28,037 nucleotides of DNA from Deltaproteobacteria bacterium (GCA_032128375.1 JAQBGU010000101.1:1-28037); one strand, 5' to 3'; positions 9,400 through 19,086 are shown, numbered from the stretch's first letter. The notes: generated by a model not told the origin, from the sequence alone. A program made the numbers and translations.

Positions 9400-11121
9400 G
9401 TGTCAGAGCGACCCTCGACGGATCCGGTAGCGAGGCGAGGGTTTCATCACCGGATTCGGCCCTCTCTGCGTCGCCTTTGCTGGCCGCTCTTGGTGGCGGT
9501 GGCTTTCCTTTTTCTCACCGCGCTGTTCAAGCACATCTCCTACCCGCTGATCTGGCACGACGAGTCTGACACTGTGATGTTCGCGCAGCGTGTGCTCGAG
9601 TACGGTTATCCGAAAGTTCACGGGCCGAAGAACATCGTGTATGGGTTGGAAGGCCCGGACCTCCTCGTCGACCCCCGAACCGACGCCTACACCGGCGCGC
9701 CATGGAGCGCATACTATTTCGGCAGCATCGGTGTTGCTCTCGCTCGCGGTGTAGACGATCTGTACGGAAAAACCGCTCTGCTTCGCATCCCGTTCGCGGT
9801 GATCGGTGCGCTGGGAATGTTCCTCTTCCTGATCAGCGTGCTCGATTCAGTCGGCAGCAAGGCAAGCCGACGGATTCTGTTCTCGATCCAATATTGGGCG
9901 CTGGCGACGTACTCGGTTTCATTGCTTCTGCATCTGCGCGAAGCGCGTTACTACAGCTTGATCATCTTCTTGTCTGCAGCGCTTCTGCTGGTTTTCGTTC
10001 GCCATCACATCTACGGCCGCATGGCGTTCGGCCGCTACTGTGGATGCGTAACGCTTCTGTTGTTTCTGATCTTCAATACCTTCTATCCGGCGTATCCGGT
10101 GTTCCTCGTTGTCATTGGGATACACCACCTCTGGGAAGCCTTCTTTGTGAAGGAATCCGGTCGAGTGCGCTGGCGATGGCTGCTGCGTAGCAGTTCACCG
10201 CTGCTGCTCTCACTGTTCACGACTCTGCCGCTGCTCTTGTACTTCGACTTTCTGGGGCAGACCCAGGGATGGTTGGGTGACGCAGCGATCCGAGCCTATG
10301 TCTCGAGTCTCTCGGTCACGCTGGCAAACCTCCTTCGATTCGAGTTCCTGGTGCCCGCTCTCGCTATTCGATTGGGATTGCTGCTCCAGCGCGGCTTTCG
10401 CAAGACCGAAGCGCACAGCGCGAGCACACGCGAACCACGCGCGCAGATTTCTCGATTCCTCTGGCTGTTCATCGTGATTTATTGGCTGATTGTCTCCCGC
10501 TCCCCGTTCATCTGGGAGCGATACTTCATCGTCCTGAGTCCCATTCTGATTGTCGTGGTATTGCTGGACGCCTGGACGTTTCGAGATCGGATCGGCGAGC
10601 CCCGGCACCGCTGGGTCACCCCGACCACTGCCGCAGCGGTCACAATCGTTTTCGCGGCCAGCTGTTGGCTGCGGATTCCCGAGTTCCGTGGTCGGATGTA
10701 CGAAATTACCCACCCATTCAAGGGGCCGCTCGACTTCGTCATTCCGTATCTCCAACAGAACTACTCAAACCCTGAGGAACTCGTGATCGCAACGAACTAC
10801 GAGGATCCGGCCTACATGTATTATCTGGGCAGCCACGTGATCGTCGGATACTACGGGGCGAACCTCGCCGCCGACATCGAACTCTACCCGGATATCATCG
10901 TACCGAGACCTTGGGCGAACCAGAGAGATTCGCTTCGGAAGTTGGCTGAGCGTGGCGAGTACGAAATCAAGTCGTTTCCCGTGAAGAGTCTCATGGCGAA
11001 TAACATCCCCGGCCTGTCCCCGGTCAATCCCGGAGGTTTGGTACACCACTTTTTTGCGCCGCGCGTTTCTCGGAAGGAGGAGGTGCAGCTGATCCTGGAA
11101 CGGGTCTCCAGGGATCAATAG
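9400..11121 (+). CDS. ArnT/PMT-like (GT-C fold) membrane protein
   Basis: TM1 followed by IWHDE, LLRIPF, EARYYSL and WERYF, multiple TM segments and a C-terminal soluble domain. Confidence 0.7.
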   Translation: MSERPSTDPVARRGFHHRIRPSLRRLCWPLLVAVAFLFLTALFKHISYPLIWHDESDTVMFAQRVLEYGYPKVHGPKNIVYGLEGPDLLVDPRTDAYTGAPWSAYYFGSIGVALARGVDDLYGKTALLRIPFAVIGALGMFLFLISVLDSVGSKASRRILFSIQYWALATYSVSLLLHLREARYYSLIIFLSAALLLVFVRHHIYGRMAFGRYCGCVTLLLFLIFNTFYPAYPVFLVVIGIHHLWEAFFVKESGRVRWRWLLRSSSPLLLSLFTTLPLLLYFDFLGQTQGWLGDAAIRAYVSSLSVTLANLLRFEFLVPALAIRLGLLLQRGFRKTEAHSASTREPRAQISRFLWLFIVIYWLIVSRSPFIWERYFIVLSPILIVVVLLDAWTFRDRIGEPRHRWVTPTTAAAVTIVFAASCWLRIPEFRGRMYEITHPFKGPLDFVIPYLQQNYSNPEELVIATNYEDPAYMYYLGSHVIVGYYGANLAADIELYPDIIVPRPWANQRDSLRKLAERGEYEIKSFPVKSLMANNIPGLSPVNPGGLVHHFFAPRVSRKEEVQLILERVSRDQ

Positions 11122-11179
11122 AACCCGCAGGGTTCCGGAGTTTCGACAGGAGTGGCTACTTCGAAACTCGCCGAAATCT

Positions 11180-12312
11180 CTAGCTCGCGGGTCTACTCAC
11201 GAGCGGGTCGAGGAAAGGCACGATGGCGTCAGCCGCGAGTCGGTGAGTGAACTCACTCGGATGGTCGTCGCGTGAATTGACAATCAGCTGCGGTCCCATG
11301 TGAGCTCTGAGCGTCGGCAGCAAATCCAGGTGCGGGACGTCGAGCCCCGCCCAGATCGCGCCCAAGCGCTCATGCATGATTTCGAGTGAAACCTCACCCC
11401 GAGACAGCGGGTGGAGGCGAGGAAATGTGACGACGGCCAGGCGCCCCCCGGGCCAACTCGACCCGTTCCTTGAGCTGCTGCAGGTGCATCCGCTGGGTGT
11501 CCCAGGGATCCCCTGCATAGGCCGTTTCGAATGCCTCGCTCAGCTCGGCCCCGAGCAACCGCATCTCAAGGTTGACGCGGTATCGGTGGAAGGCCGCGTT
11601 GATCGCCAGGCTGTGGTCGATCCAGAACGCGCCAGCGTCGGGGCGGGGCTCGTTGATCGCCTCGAAGAAGGGCGTGAGGCCGTCGATCAGTGGCAGGATG
11701 TCGTTCCAGCAATAGGCCAACAAGACGAGGTCGAACTCATACCCGAGATCGGAGAGGGTCGAGATCGCCTCGAGTTGACCGGGGGTATCGATACCCAGTC
11801 GCGCGATGCTGTGCACCTCCCAGCTGGGTCGTTCGCGGCGTATGATGTTGAGGAAGCGATCCTCGACGTTCTTGACGCCCCGCGCTGCGGTGAACGAGTC
11901 GCCGAGAATCGTCAGCCGGGTCCGTTCGGCTTCGCGCTTCAGTGCGTAGTCGAGAGTGTCGCGAACGTTGATGTTGTTCAACACCCAGTAGCGATCGAAC
12001 CAGCGCCGAGAAACTCGGGTCTGATTTCAGTCCGTCGGTCGTATCGTATACGATGCGGTAGTAGCCTTCGGCGCCCAAAAGCAGCAGCGAAAACAGAAAG
12101 CACAGGACAAAGGCGTTCCCCACCAACAACGTCAGCAACGCCAACCCGCTATGCTGCGGAGCTTCGCCGCTGCGCGTCGACTTGCGCACGCAAAGGAGCG
12201 CACCGCAGCCGAACACCGCCGGCATGAGAGTCGCACATACCAAGAAGATCATGTCTCCGACCGACGTAGCCATAAGGCGGGCCAGTGTATCCGGCATAAG
12301 TCGCACCAACAT
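11180..12312 (-). CDS. Membrane-anchored SGNH/GDSL-family protein broken by two +1 frameshifts (pseudogene or sequencing error)
   Basis: Three ORF-track pieces join into one protein: N-terminal TMs and YDTTDG, then ILGDSFT (block I) and YCWND (block III), then DDHPS (block V). Junctions are at TTT 12025-12027 and C6G3 11444-11452. Confidence 0.8.
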
Positions 12313-12586
12313 CCCAATGACGGTGCTTGGCCGCCCGGTTGCTCAGGTCCTCTCGCGCTTGATCGCTTGACTCGGGTCGAGCTAATGTCACGGTTCGTGT
12401 CCGAGGATCTGTCGGCACGGAGTCTGGTTGTGCGTCCTCAAACGATGAGTCGAAACCGAGTAGCTGGGTCGACATTTGTGCACCGGCTGGGTCGCGACAT
12501 GGGTCTCGCCGATCGACTCTTGCCGTACGCTGACGAAAAATCCTGATGCCCCCGACCCCCCTGTCATCCGCTCGACCTGGGCGGCA

Positions 12587-14422
12587 ATGACGATTCTCCA
12601 AGAAAAGCCGCTACCGCGAGTACCCGTCCATGCGTGGCTGAGCGTGTTGTTGGGGGTGCTCACTGTGGTGGCTTTCTGGGAGATCCAAGACCACGAGTTC
12701 ATCAACTACGACGACAACGTCTACATCGTCGAGAATCCCGCCGTCGTTTCCGGGTTCACGGTAGAGGGGGTTCGCAGGGCATTTGGCTCCGGCAAACATC
12801 CGCTGACCTGGCTCTCTCATATGCTCGACGTGGAGCTCTACCAGATGTGGGCGGGGGGGCATCACCGATCGAGCCTGCTGTTTCACCTCGCCAACGTGCT
12901 GCTGCTGTACCAGGTGCTGCGGCGCGCGACTGGAGCTTCCTGGCAGAGCGCCGCCGTGGCGGCGCTGTTCGCGATTCATCCGCTCCACGTGGAATCGGTT
13001 GCGTGGGCCTCGGAGCGCAAAGATGTGCTCAGCACATTCTTCTGGCTGCTGTGCACATGGGCCTACCTCCGTTTCGTCGAGACTCCGGGTGTCGGACGCT
13101 ATCTGTTGATCTTATTACTCTTGTCATTGGGTTTGATGTCGAAGGCGATGCTCGTGACACTTCCGTTTACATTGCTGCTGCTGGACTACTGGCCGCTGGC
13201 TCGACTGGCGCGCGATGACTGGAAAGTGCCGAGTGGACGCGCCCGGATCGCGCGGGTCGTCGTGGAGAAAGTTCCGCTGCTCGGACTGGCCCTGATAGCT
13301 TCCGCGATCGCCTATTGGTTCCAAACTTCGGGAGGGGGCACGCAGATGTTGCGACCCCTCTCCGTTGCGGAGCGCATGACCAACGCACTCGTCGCCTACG
13401 CGAAATACATCGAAAAAACTTTCTGGCCCCGAGATCTGATCTTCTTCTATCCACACCCAGTGGACTCGCTCGGAGTGGGTGAGGTCGCGGGGGCCGCGCT
13501 GCTGCTGGCGGCTATCACGGTGGGGGTCTGGATCGCGCGTGAGCATCGCTACCTATCCGTCGGCTGGCTCTGGTACTTGGGGACCCTGGTCCCGGTCATC
13601 GGATTCGTCCAGATTGGACGCCAGGCCATGGCGGACCGCTACACCTACGTCCCGTTGATCGGAGTGTTCGTGGCGATCGTCTGGGGCATCGCCGAAGCGA
13701 CGACGACTTGGCGCTACCGCAAGCCCCTACTCGGTGTTACCGCCCTGCTGCTCGCGTTGGTCCTGACGCATGCAACGCGGCTGCAGGTGGCGCACTGGCA
13801 CGACAACTTCAGCTTGTACGAGCACGCACTGCGGGTCATGCCCGACAACGCGGTCGCTCACCACAATATCGGTCTCGCCCTCTCCGACATTGGGAAGCGC
13901 GAGCAGGCGATCGAGCACTACGAACGCGCAATCGAGATCGAGCCGGACTTCGTGAATGCGCGCGTCGATCTCGGCATCGACCTCGGAGGGTTGGGAAGAT
14001 CCGGAGATGCCGTGCGAGAGCTTTCGCACGTTTTGGCGATTCAACCCGAGCACGCGCTTGCGAATTTCAACCTCGGCTTGATCCACCGCCAACGCGGTGA
14101 ATTGGACGCGGCAATCGCAAATCTGCGTCGAGCGGTCGATGCCAACCCGCACCACGCTTCTGCGCACCTCGGACTCGGTTCGCTACTGGCCAGCCAGGGA
14201 GAGTTCGAGGAGGCGGTGCGACACTTTCGAGAAGCCCTACGCATTGATCCACGGAATCCCTCTACCCACGTCCAGCTCGGCGCCGTGCATGCGATTTCGG
14301 GTCGCCTCGGCGACGCGATCCACGAATTCGAGACAGCGCTGCAAATCGATCCGCAACTCGAGCAGGCGCGTGAATTGTTGAATCTCGCGCGCCAAAAGCA
14401 AGCGGAAAAGCAGAGCGACTGA
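12587..14422 (+). CDS. TMTC-like membrane glycosyltransferase with C-terminal TPR repeats
   Basis: FINYDDNVY..ENP, HPLTWLSH, FAIHPLHVESVAWASERKDVL, MADRYTYVP, then about 5-6 TPRs (AHHNIGLAL..., ANFNLG..., AHLGLG...). Start placed at ATG 12587. Confidence 0.88.
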   Translation: MTILQEKPLPRVPVHAWLSVLLGVLTVVAFWEIQDHEFINYDDNVYIVENPAVVSGFTVEGVRRAFGSGKHPLTWLSHMLDVELYQMWAGGHHRSSLLFHLANVLLLYQVLRRATGASWQSAAVAALFAIHPLHVESVAWASERKDVLSTFFWLLCTWAYLRFVETPGVGRYLLILLLLSLGLMSKAMLVTLPFTLLLLDYWPLARLARDDWKVPSGRARIARVVVEKVPLLGLALIASAIAYWFQTSGGGTQMLRPLSVAERMTNALVAYAKYIEKTFWPRDLIFFYPHPVDSLGVGEVAGAALLLAAITVGVWIAREHRYLSVGWLWYLGTLVPVIGFVQIGRQAMADRYTYVPLIGVFVAIVWGIAEATTTWRYRKPLLGVTALLLALVLTHATRLQVAHWHDNFSLYEHALRVMPDNAVAHHNIGLALSDIGKREQAIEHYERAIEIEPDFVNARVDLGIDLGGLGRSGDAVRELSHVLAIQPEHALANFNLGLIHRQRGELDAAIANLRRAVDANPHHASAHLGLGSLLASQGEFEEAVRHFREALRIDPRNPSTHVQLGAVHAISGRLGDAIHEFETALQIDPQLEQARELLNLARQKQAEKQSD

Positions 14423-14507
14423 AACGCGAGCGATCTGCTGCAAGCGTCACCCAGAATGGGGCAGGCTGCGACGTGGAAGCTTGTGCCGCGCAGCGGCGAA
14501 CGCGCAG

Positions 14508-14540
14508 CTAGTCGATAGTCTAGTCAATAGTCTAGTCAAT
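14508..14540. repeat. 12-bp tandem repeat (about 2.7 copies) between convergent genes
   Basis: ctagtcgatagt ctagtcaatagt ctagtcaat. Confidence 0.8.
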
Positions 14541-14693
14541 GTAGCCGAGTGCGCGCAGCTGCTCCTGTGTGCGCTCGGAGGGTTCGGTTCCAATGAGTGT
14601 CGGTTCGGTTTGCGGATAGCGCGTCCGCCAATCGTCGAGGTACGCGCCCAGCGGCACACACCAACCGAGACGCGAGTCGGACGATCGCGGCGG

Positions 14694-16253
14694 TTACTCC
14701 TTTTGCGGCGTGTTGGGCACGGTGACGGGTACGGCACAAACTGGCGAACTGCGCCATACAAATGCGCGCAGCGCGAGCGCCGTGGCGAAGTAGATCCCCA
14801 CCACGATGCTGATCGTCAGGTATCCCCAATCCAGCGATGCACGCGCCGCTGGAAGGAAATTGACTGCGCCGATGAAGGTCCAAGCGAGGGTCAATAGCTG
14901 CCACATCCGGCGATCATCGTAGAAGATCAGCGGCACGACGCTCAGTATCAGGTAGTCGTAAACCGAGATGTGAGCCCACGCGAAAAGCCAGACGCATCCC
15001 GCAAACAAGGCCTCCTCGTCTCGGTGCACTCGGCGCAGGAAAACGATCGAGAGTGCCACGAAACCGGAGACGGCCAGATAGAACCAGGCCGCATTCTGCT
15101 CGAACGTACGGCGGATTTCGGCACTCCATTCGATGGCCTTCTCGGTCTTCTGCTCGACTTCCCGGTTGGCCTGCTCGGAGTAGCGGAACGGATAACGCAA
15201 GGTGACCTGGTTGACGGAGATGACACCACTGTGCAGGCGGGAGTTCTCGTAAAATGCCTTCCAGACCGGCTCGCCATCGGGAGTCCCCACAAAGGCGGTC
15301 GACCCGAGGAGCAGCGCACCGGTCGCAGCGAATGAGATGTAGAAACCCTGTCGGGCCCGGAGCAAGCTCCACCGGTCCGGGCTGAGCATGTGGCCGGCGA
15401 ACAGCGCCAGCGGGAGCAGGACGGGAAACAGGCGCAGGTGAGTCGAAATCGCGAACAATACTCCGCTTTCGACGTTCCGATTGCGCAGCAGCGCGACAAT
15501 CCCGAGAACGAGCGCGACGTAGTAGACGTAGCGCAGGTAGCTGGCGCCGAGCGTCACGTAACTGTTGAGGGGATTCAAACTGAATAAGATGATCGAGAAC
15601 AGGCCAAAGCGAGCTCCGAGCGCAAGCCCAGTGATCAACGCGGCGGCGCCAACGAGTATGAGATCGAACCAGGACACGATTCGGACGAACTCCGGCACAG
15701 AGAAGGGAAGCACACCAATCAGCCATCGGTTGATGACGGTTGTCAGCGGCGATCCGTTGTAGCCGTGATCCTGGCTCCAGCGCGGCACCTGCCGATAATC
15801 AAAGTCGGGATGACGAAACGCAGCGACATCCGATTTGAATTCCTGCCAGCGCTCCGGACTGAACAGAGCGACAACTTCTTCGCGCCTGGCGACGATAATT
15901 GCCTTCACGGTCAGCGAGTAGTCGTCGAGGACGCGTATCCAGACTTTCGGGTGGTAGGACTCTCGGTCGTCCTCGTAGTCCGCGACGGTTTGAGCCCGGT
16001 AGAGGTCCGTGTGCCCCAGCTCGGCGAAGTACTTGGGACCCACGTAGTAGTGGTAGAAGTCCCAGCCGTGGCGCGGGAGTTCCCGGCGACCCTGCAGGTA
16101 GTTCATGTGTGTGAGGAGAGTCAACGCTGCCATCAAGACGAGGATCTGGATGGAGTGCCGCTTCACAAAGCCTACGTGGTTCTCCAGCGGGAGCCAGAGC
16201 AACCACAGCACGAGCAATGCCAAGAGCGGGACGATGTAATGGGCTGACGGCAT
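14694..16253 (-). CDS. Multi-pass membrane protein, probable GT-C (GT87-like) glycosyltransferase
   Basis: WDFYHYY...KYFAELG, DHGYNGSP, LRLFPVLL and HISVYDY motifs, with many TM segments. Confidence 0.65.
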   Translation of the reverse strand: MPSAHYIVPLLALLVLWLLWLPLENHVGFVKRHSIQILVLMAALTLLTHMNYLQGRRELPRHGWDFYHYYVGPKYFAELGHTDLYRAQTVADYEDDRESYHPKVWIRVLDDYSLTVKAIIVARREEVVALFSPERWQEFKSDVAAFRHPDFDYRQVPRWSQDHGYNGSPLTTVINRWLIGVLPFSVPEFVRIVSWFDLILVGAAALITGLALGARFGLFSIILFSLNPLNSYVTLGASYLRYVYYVALVLGIVALLRNRNVESGVLFAISTHLRLFPVLLPLALFAGHMLSPDRWSLLRARQGFYISFAATGALLLGSTAFVGTPDGEPVWKAFYENSRLHSGVISVNQVTLRYPFRYSEQANREVEQKTEKAIEWSAEIRRTFEQNAAWFYLAVSGFVALSIVFLRRVHRDEEALFAGCVWLFAWAHISVYDYLILSVVPLIFYDDRRMWQLLTLAWTFIGAVNFLPAARASLDWGYLTISIVVGIYFATALALRAFVWRSSPVCAVPVTVPNTPQKE

Positions 16254-16447
16254 CCGCGATCTTGGATTGTGCCTCAGCTCTATTCAAAATGCGCGCTGGG
16301 CCGCTCGGCGGCGACCCCTGCTCGGTCGCTCAGGACTGCGAGAGCACCCCGGGACCCGGAGCGAGACTTCAGTGCGCGGTCCGCGTGGGGCATCGCGGGC
16401 CTGCCGCTGAACGCCTTGGGGGGGCCGCCGGATACGCGGCAGACACG

Positions 16448-16487
16448 CGCCCGCCGACTCCGACGTCGAATCTGGAGTCGGCGGGCG
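16448..16487 (-). terminator. GC-rich hairpin 20 bp downstream of the PEP-CTERM gene (terminator or mRNA stabiliser)
   Basis: Perfect 14-bp inverted repeat cgcccgccgactcc / ggagtcggcgggcg with a 12-nt loop. No U-tract follows. Confidence 0.5.
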
Positions 16488-16507
16488 TTAGTCGTGGAGC
16501 CTAAGGG

Positions 16508-17110
16508 CTAGGCTCTATCGCTGCGTCGAACCCAGCCGACGCCAATCAGAGCCGCCACCGCGGCGAGCGTAGTGGCGATAGTATCGGGCTCGGGAACAAC
16601 GATCATCGCAGCTGCAGTGGGCGGGTTCTGCGTTGCGCCAGACGGAAAAACGACGAACCCGTCGGTGGCCGTAATGGCCGATGTGATGGCGAAAGTTCCA
16701 CCAACCGACTCCGCGTGGAACGTGACGGTACCCAACAGGTAGGTCGCGCCAACGCCCAAGCCCGTTCCCACGAACGGAATGAGAGCCCCCGCATTGATGT
16801 TTCGAATCTGCGTGCCCGTGTCAGTGAGCATACCCAATGAGAGTCCCATTGGCGCACCCACAAAATTTCGGAACGTAACCACACTCAGGGAGCCTACCGC
16901 TGCGCTGTAGTCGACCGTCATCCCCCCGCCCGCTGACAACTCCGGACCGGTGTTCGTAAGGACGACATTCAGCGTGACGGAACTGGAAGAGGAGACGGAA
17001 GTGGATGTTGATACGCCTCCCCACAACAGATCGAGTGTGTGGCCCGCGTTCGCGGCTCCCGCGAAGCTGACGATGGCTAGAAGTCCGATGACGGCACTGA
17101 TGCTGCGCAT
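16508..17110 (-). CDS. PEP-CTERM sorting-domain surface protein, Ser/Thr/Gly-rich and beta-rich
   Basis: Signal peptide MRSISAVIGLLAIVSFAGAANA. C-terminus VVPEPD + TM helix + RRSDRA. SD aaggggga precedes ATG 17110. Confidence 0.9.
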   Translation of the reverse strand: MRSISAVIGLLAIVSFAGAANAGHTLDLLWGGVSTSTSVSSSSSVTLNVVLTNTGPELSAGGGMTVDYSAAVGSLSVVTFRNFVGAPMGLSLGMLTDTGTQIRNINAGALIPFVGTGLGVGATYLLGTVTFHAESVGGTFAITSAITATDGFVVFPSGATQNPPTAAAMIVVPEPDTIATTLAAVAALIGVGWVRRSDRA

Positions 17111-17187
17111 GCTGTTTCCCCCTTTCCGCTTGCGATTCGATTCGGTTCTCGCCCCGGTCCCAATGAGGTTCGTTGTGCGGCTCGTGG

Positions 17188-17580
17188 CTACGGGCATGCC
17201 AGCGTTCCTGCCGTCGTGCCCGAGGGGCCCGGTGTGGTGCCGAACAGGCCTGAGAACGCGTTGGCGTCATCGACCGTGACGGTGTCGCCGACCGGCTCGG
17301 TCAGATCGAAGTTCGAGTTCGTCGTGCCGATGTTGGCCGACAGCGCCCCCATGTCGGGGTAGCCGATGATTGAATCCTGGTCGAAATCCCCGTCGCACAC
17401 GTTCCCACAGGAGTCGCCATCCGAGTCGTCCTGTCCGGGGTTCGCCACCGCGATGCAATTGTCAGCACAGTCATTGACCGTGTCGCCGTCACTATCGAGT
17501 GACACACAGTCTCCCGCGAGAGTCGGCGCTGCGCCCCAAATCATCAACGCGAACACGGTTATCAATACGGTCGATCTCAT
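17188..17580 (-). CDS. Small secreted protein with thrombospondin type-3 repeat and dockerin-like Ca-binding module
   Basis: Signal peptide, DSDGDTVNDCADNC..VANPGQDDSDGDSCGNVCD, then GDFDQDSIIGYPD...DLTEPVGDTVTVDD. SD gaggaagg. Confidence 0.8.
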   Translation of the reverse strand: MRSTVLITVFALMIWGAAPTLAGDCVSLDSDGDTVNDCADNCIAVANPGQDDSDGDSCGNVCDGDFDQDSIIGYPDMGALSANIGTTNSNFDLTEPVGDTVTVDDANAFSGLFGTTPGPSGTTAGTLACP

Positions 17581-17629
17581 GTTGCCTTCCTCCTAGGTCT
17601 AGGTCTCTCTGACCCACTCAAGTCCCATT

Positions 17630-17655
17630 AGTAACCAAAAACAGTAACCAAAAAC
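17630..17655. repeat. 13-bp direct repeat x2 upstream of the TSP3 / PEP-CTERM genes
   Basis: agtaaccaaaaac agtaaccaaaaac in an AT-rich intergenic stretch. Confidence 0.8.
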
Positions 17656-18111
17656 ATGTCGGTGAGACTGGAACATCAGTACATACTCGCATCAACACAC
17701 TGGTCTCATTACAGAAACAGACGACAGACGGTTGCCCGTTCGAGAACGCCCGACGCTGGCTGATTCTATAGGCTAGCCCCAGCAGATTGCCGATTCAATC
17801 CCGCCCCACGGTGCGCTACGGTCAAGTGAGCGAATCCCGCGGGGGGGTTTCGCATCGGCGGTATATCTCATTGATGATCGGGATCCCTCGTGCGCCGTGT
17901 GCTTTGTCGAGCGGTCATTCATTCATTCATTGCGGATTGCGCACGCCGGCCGAAAGTCCCAAGCAGCGCGGCGGGCGAGCCGAGCGATAGACCGCGACCA
18001 CCAGCTCTGGCACCCTTCCCGATGTACAACCCGGTTCACCGCGGTGGAGCATCCGTGAGGAAAATCGAGATCGTCGAGAACCAGCCGATTGCAACGGCGT
18101 CCCAAAAGAGC

Positions 18112-18750
18112 ATGACCGAAGCCAAGCCCCGCACTCTCGGTGCGATTCTCTACCCCCAGTTTGAACTGCTCGACCTGTATGGCCCGCTCGAAATGTTCGG
18201 ATGTCTGGCACCCGACGTCGAGATCATCCCGGTCGCACAGCGAGCCGGCGCGGTTGCATCGACGCCGGGTATCGAAACGATCGCGAAGTTCGACTTCGAC
18301 GATTGCCCACCGCTCGACCTGCTGCTCTTGCCCGGCGGTCTCGGGACATTGCAGCAACTCGCGAACGAGCCGCTGCTCGAGTTCCTGCGCAAGCGCACGC
18401 TGGAGGCGGAAGTCACCATGTCAGTCTGTTCCGGCTCGGCGCTACTGGCCCGCGCGGGCTTACTCGACGGGCGACGCGCGACGTCGAACAAGCTCTATTT
18501 CCAGTTGGCCGTCTCGCAGAGCGACGCGGTCGATTGGGTGACCGAGGCGCGCTGGGTCGAAGACGGACCGTTCGTGACGTCGTCTGGCGTATCCGCTGGA
18601 ACGGATATGTCGCTCGCTGTGATCGCAAAACTGTACGGCCGCGAACGCGCGGAACAGGTCGCAGTGATCACCGAATACGAATGGGCCGAAGACTCGACCC
18701 GCGATCCGTTCACAAAGTATCTGAACCAGGCGGCAGTGATACTGGGCTGA
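18112..18750 (+). CDS. DJ-1/PfpI family protein (isonitrile hydratase-like)
   Basis: LYPQFELLDLYGPLEMF, LLPGG.G, SVCSGS (catalytic Cys), GLLDGRRAT, RWVEDG...TSSGVSAGTDM. Start placed at ATG 18112. Confidence 0.9.
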   Translation: MTEAKPRTLGAILYPQFELLDLYGPLEMFGCLAPDVEIIPVAQRAGAVASTPGIETIAKFDFDDCPPLDLLLLPGGLGTLQQLANEPLLEFLRKRTLEAEVTMSVCSGSALLARAGLLDGRRATSNKLYFQLAVSQSDAVDWVTEARWVEDGPFVTSSGVSAGTDMSLAVIAKLYGRERAEQVAVITEYEWAEDSTRDPFTKYLNQAAVILG

Positions 18751-18854
18751 GTCATGGAATGCCGAGGTCGACGCGGCGTATGAACGGTTCGCCGTTGGCA
18801 ACGATCCGTTGCCGGCACCCGGCAGCCGCGGCGTCCTTCTTGGTGAGATATCCG

Positions 18855-19086
18855 GCATCGCGGGGTGTGTTACTCGAGTCTGCGATCACAACCACGCCGG
18901 TGACGTTGCCATCTCACGCGTCGACTCTGAGCACCTATCCGTCCGCTCACGGTATTCACGACTGCGGTGTTCACATGGGCGACGGAAGCGAAACTCGTAT
19001 CCGAAGTATTCGAGCGCGCGGGTTGGCGGACTGGCGCGTGCGTCGGCAGTTTCTTCTCGACCGACGATTCGGGCTGGACCAGGGCT
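18855..19086 (+). pseudogene. Degraded sulfatase-family fragment
   Basis: Across three frames: RGVLLESAITTTPVTLPSHAS...YPSAHGIHD / VSEVFERAGWRTGACVGSF / LDRRFGLDQG. This resembles the PxTLPSHASxxTGxYP..HG..DNG...GY.TGAFVG..LDRRFGLDQGF sulfatase-like signature. Confidence 0.75.

Noticed and set aside
11376..12227. 283-aa plus-strand ORF
   Set aside because: Antisense of the SGNH gene, with no motifs.
17700..17800. Cyclic di-GMP riboswitch or sigma-54 promoter upstream of the PEP-CTERM pair
   Set aside because: No GGCAAA...GACGCAAA core and no TGGCAC-N5-TTGC on the relevant strand.
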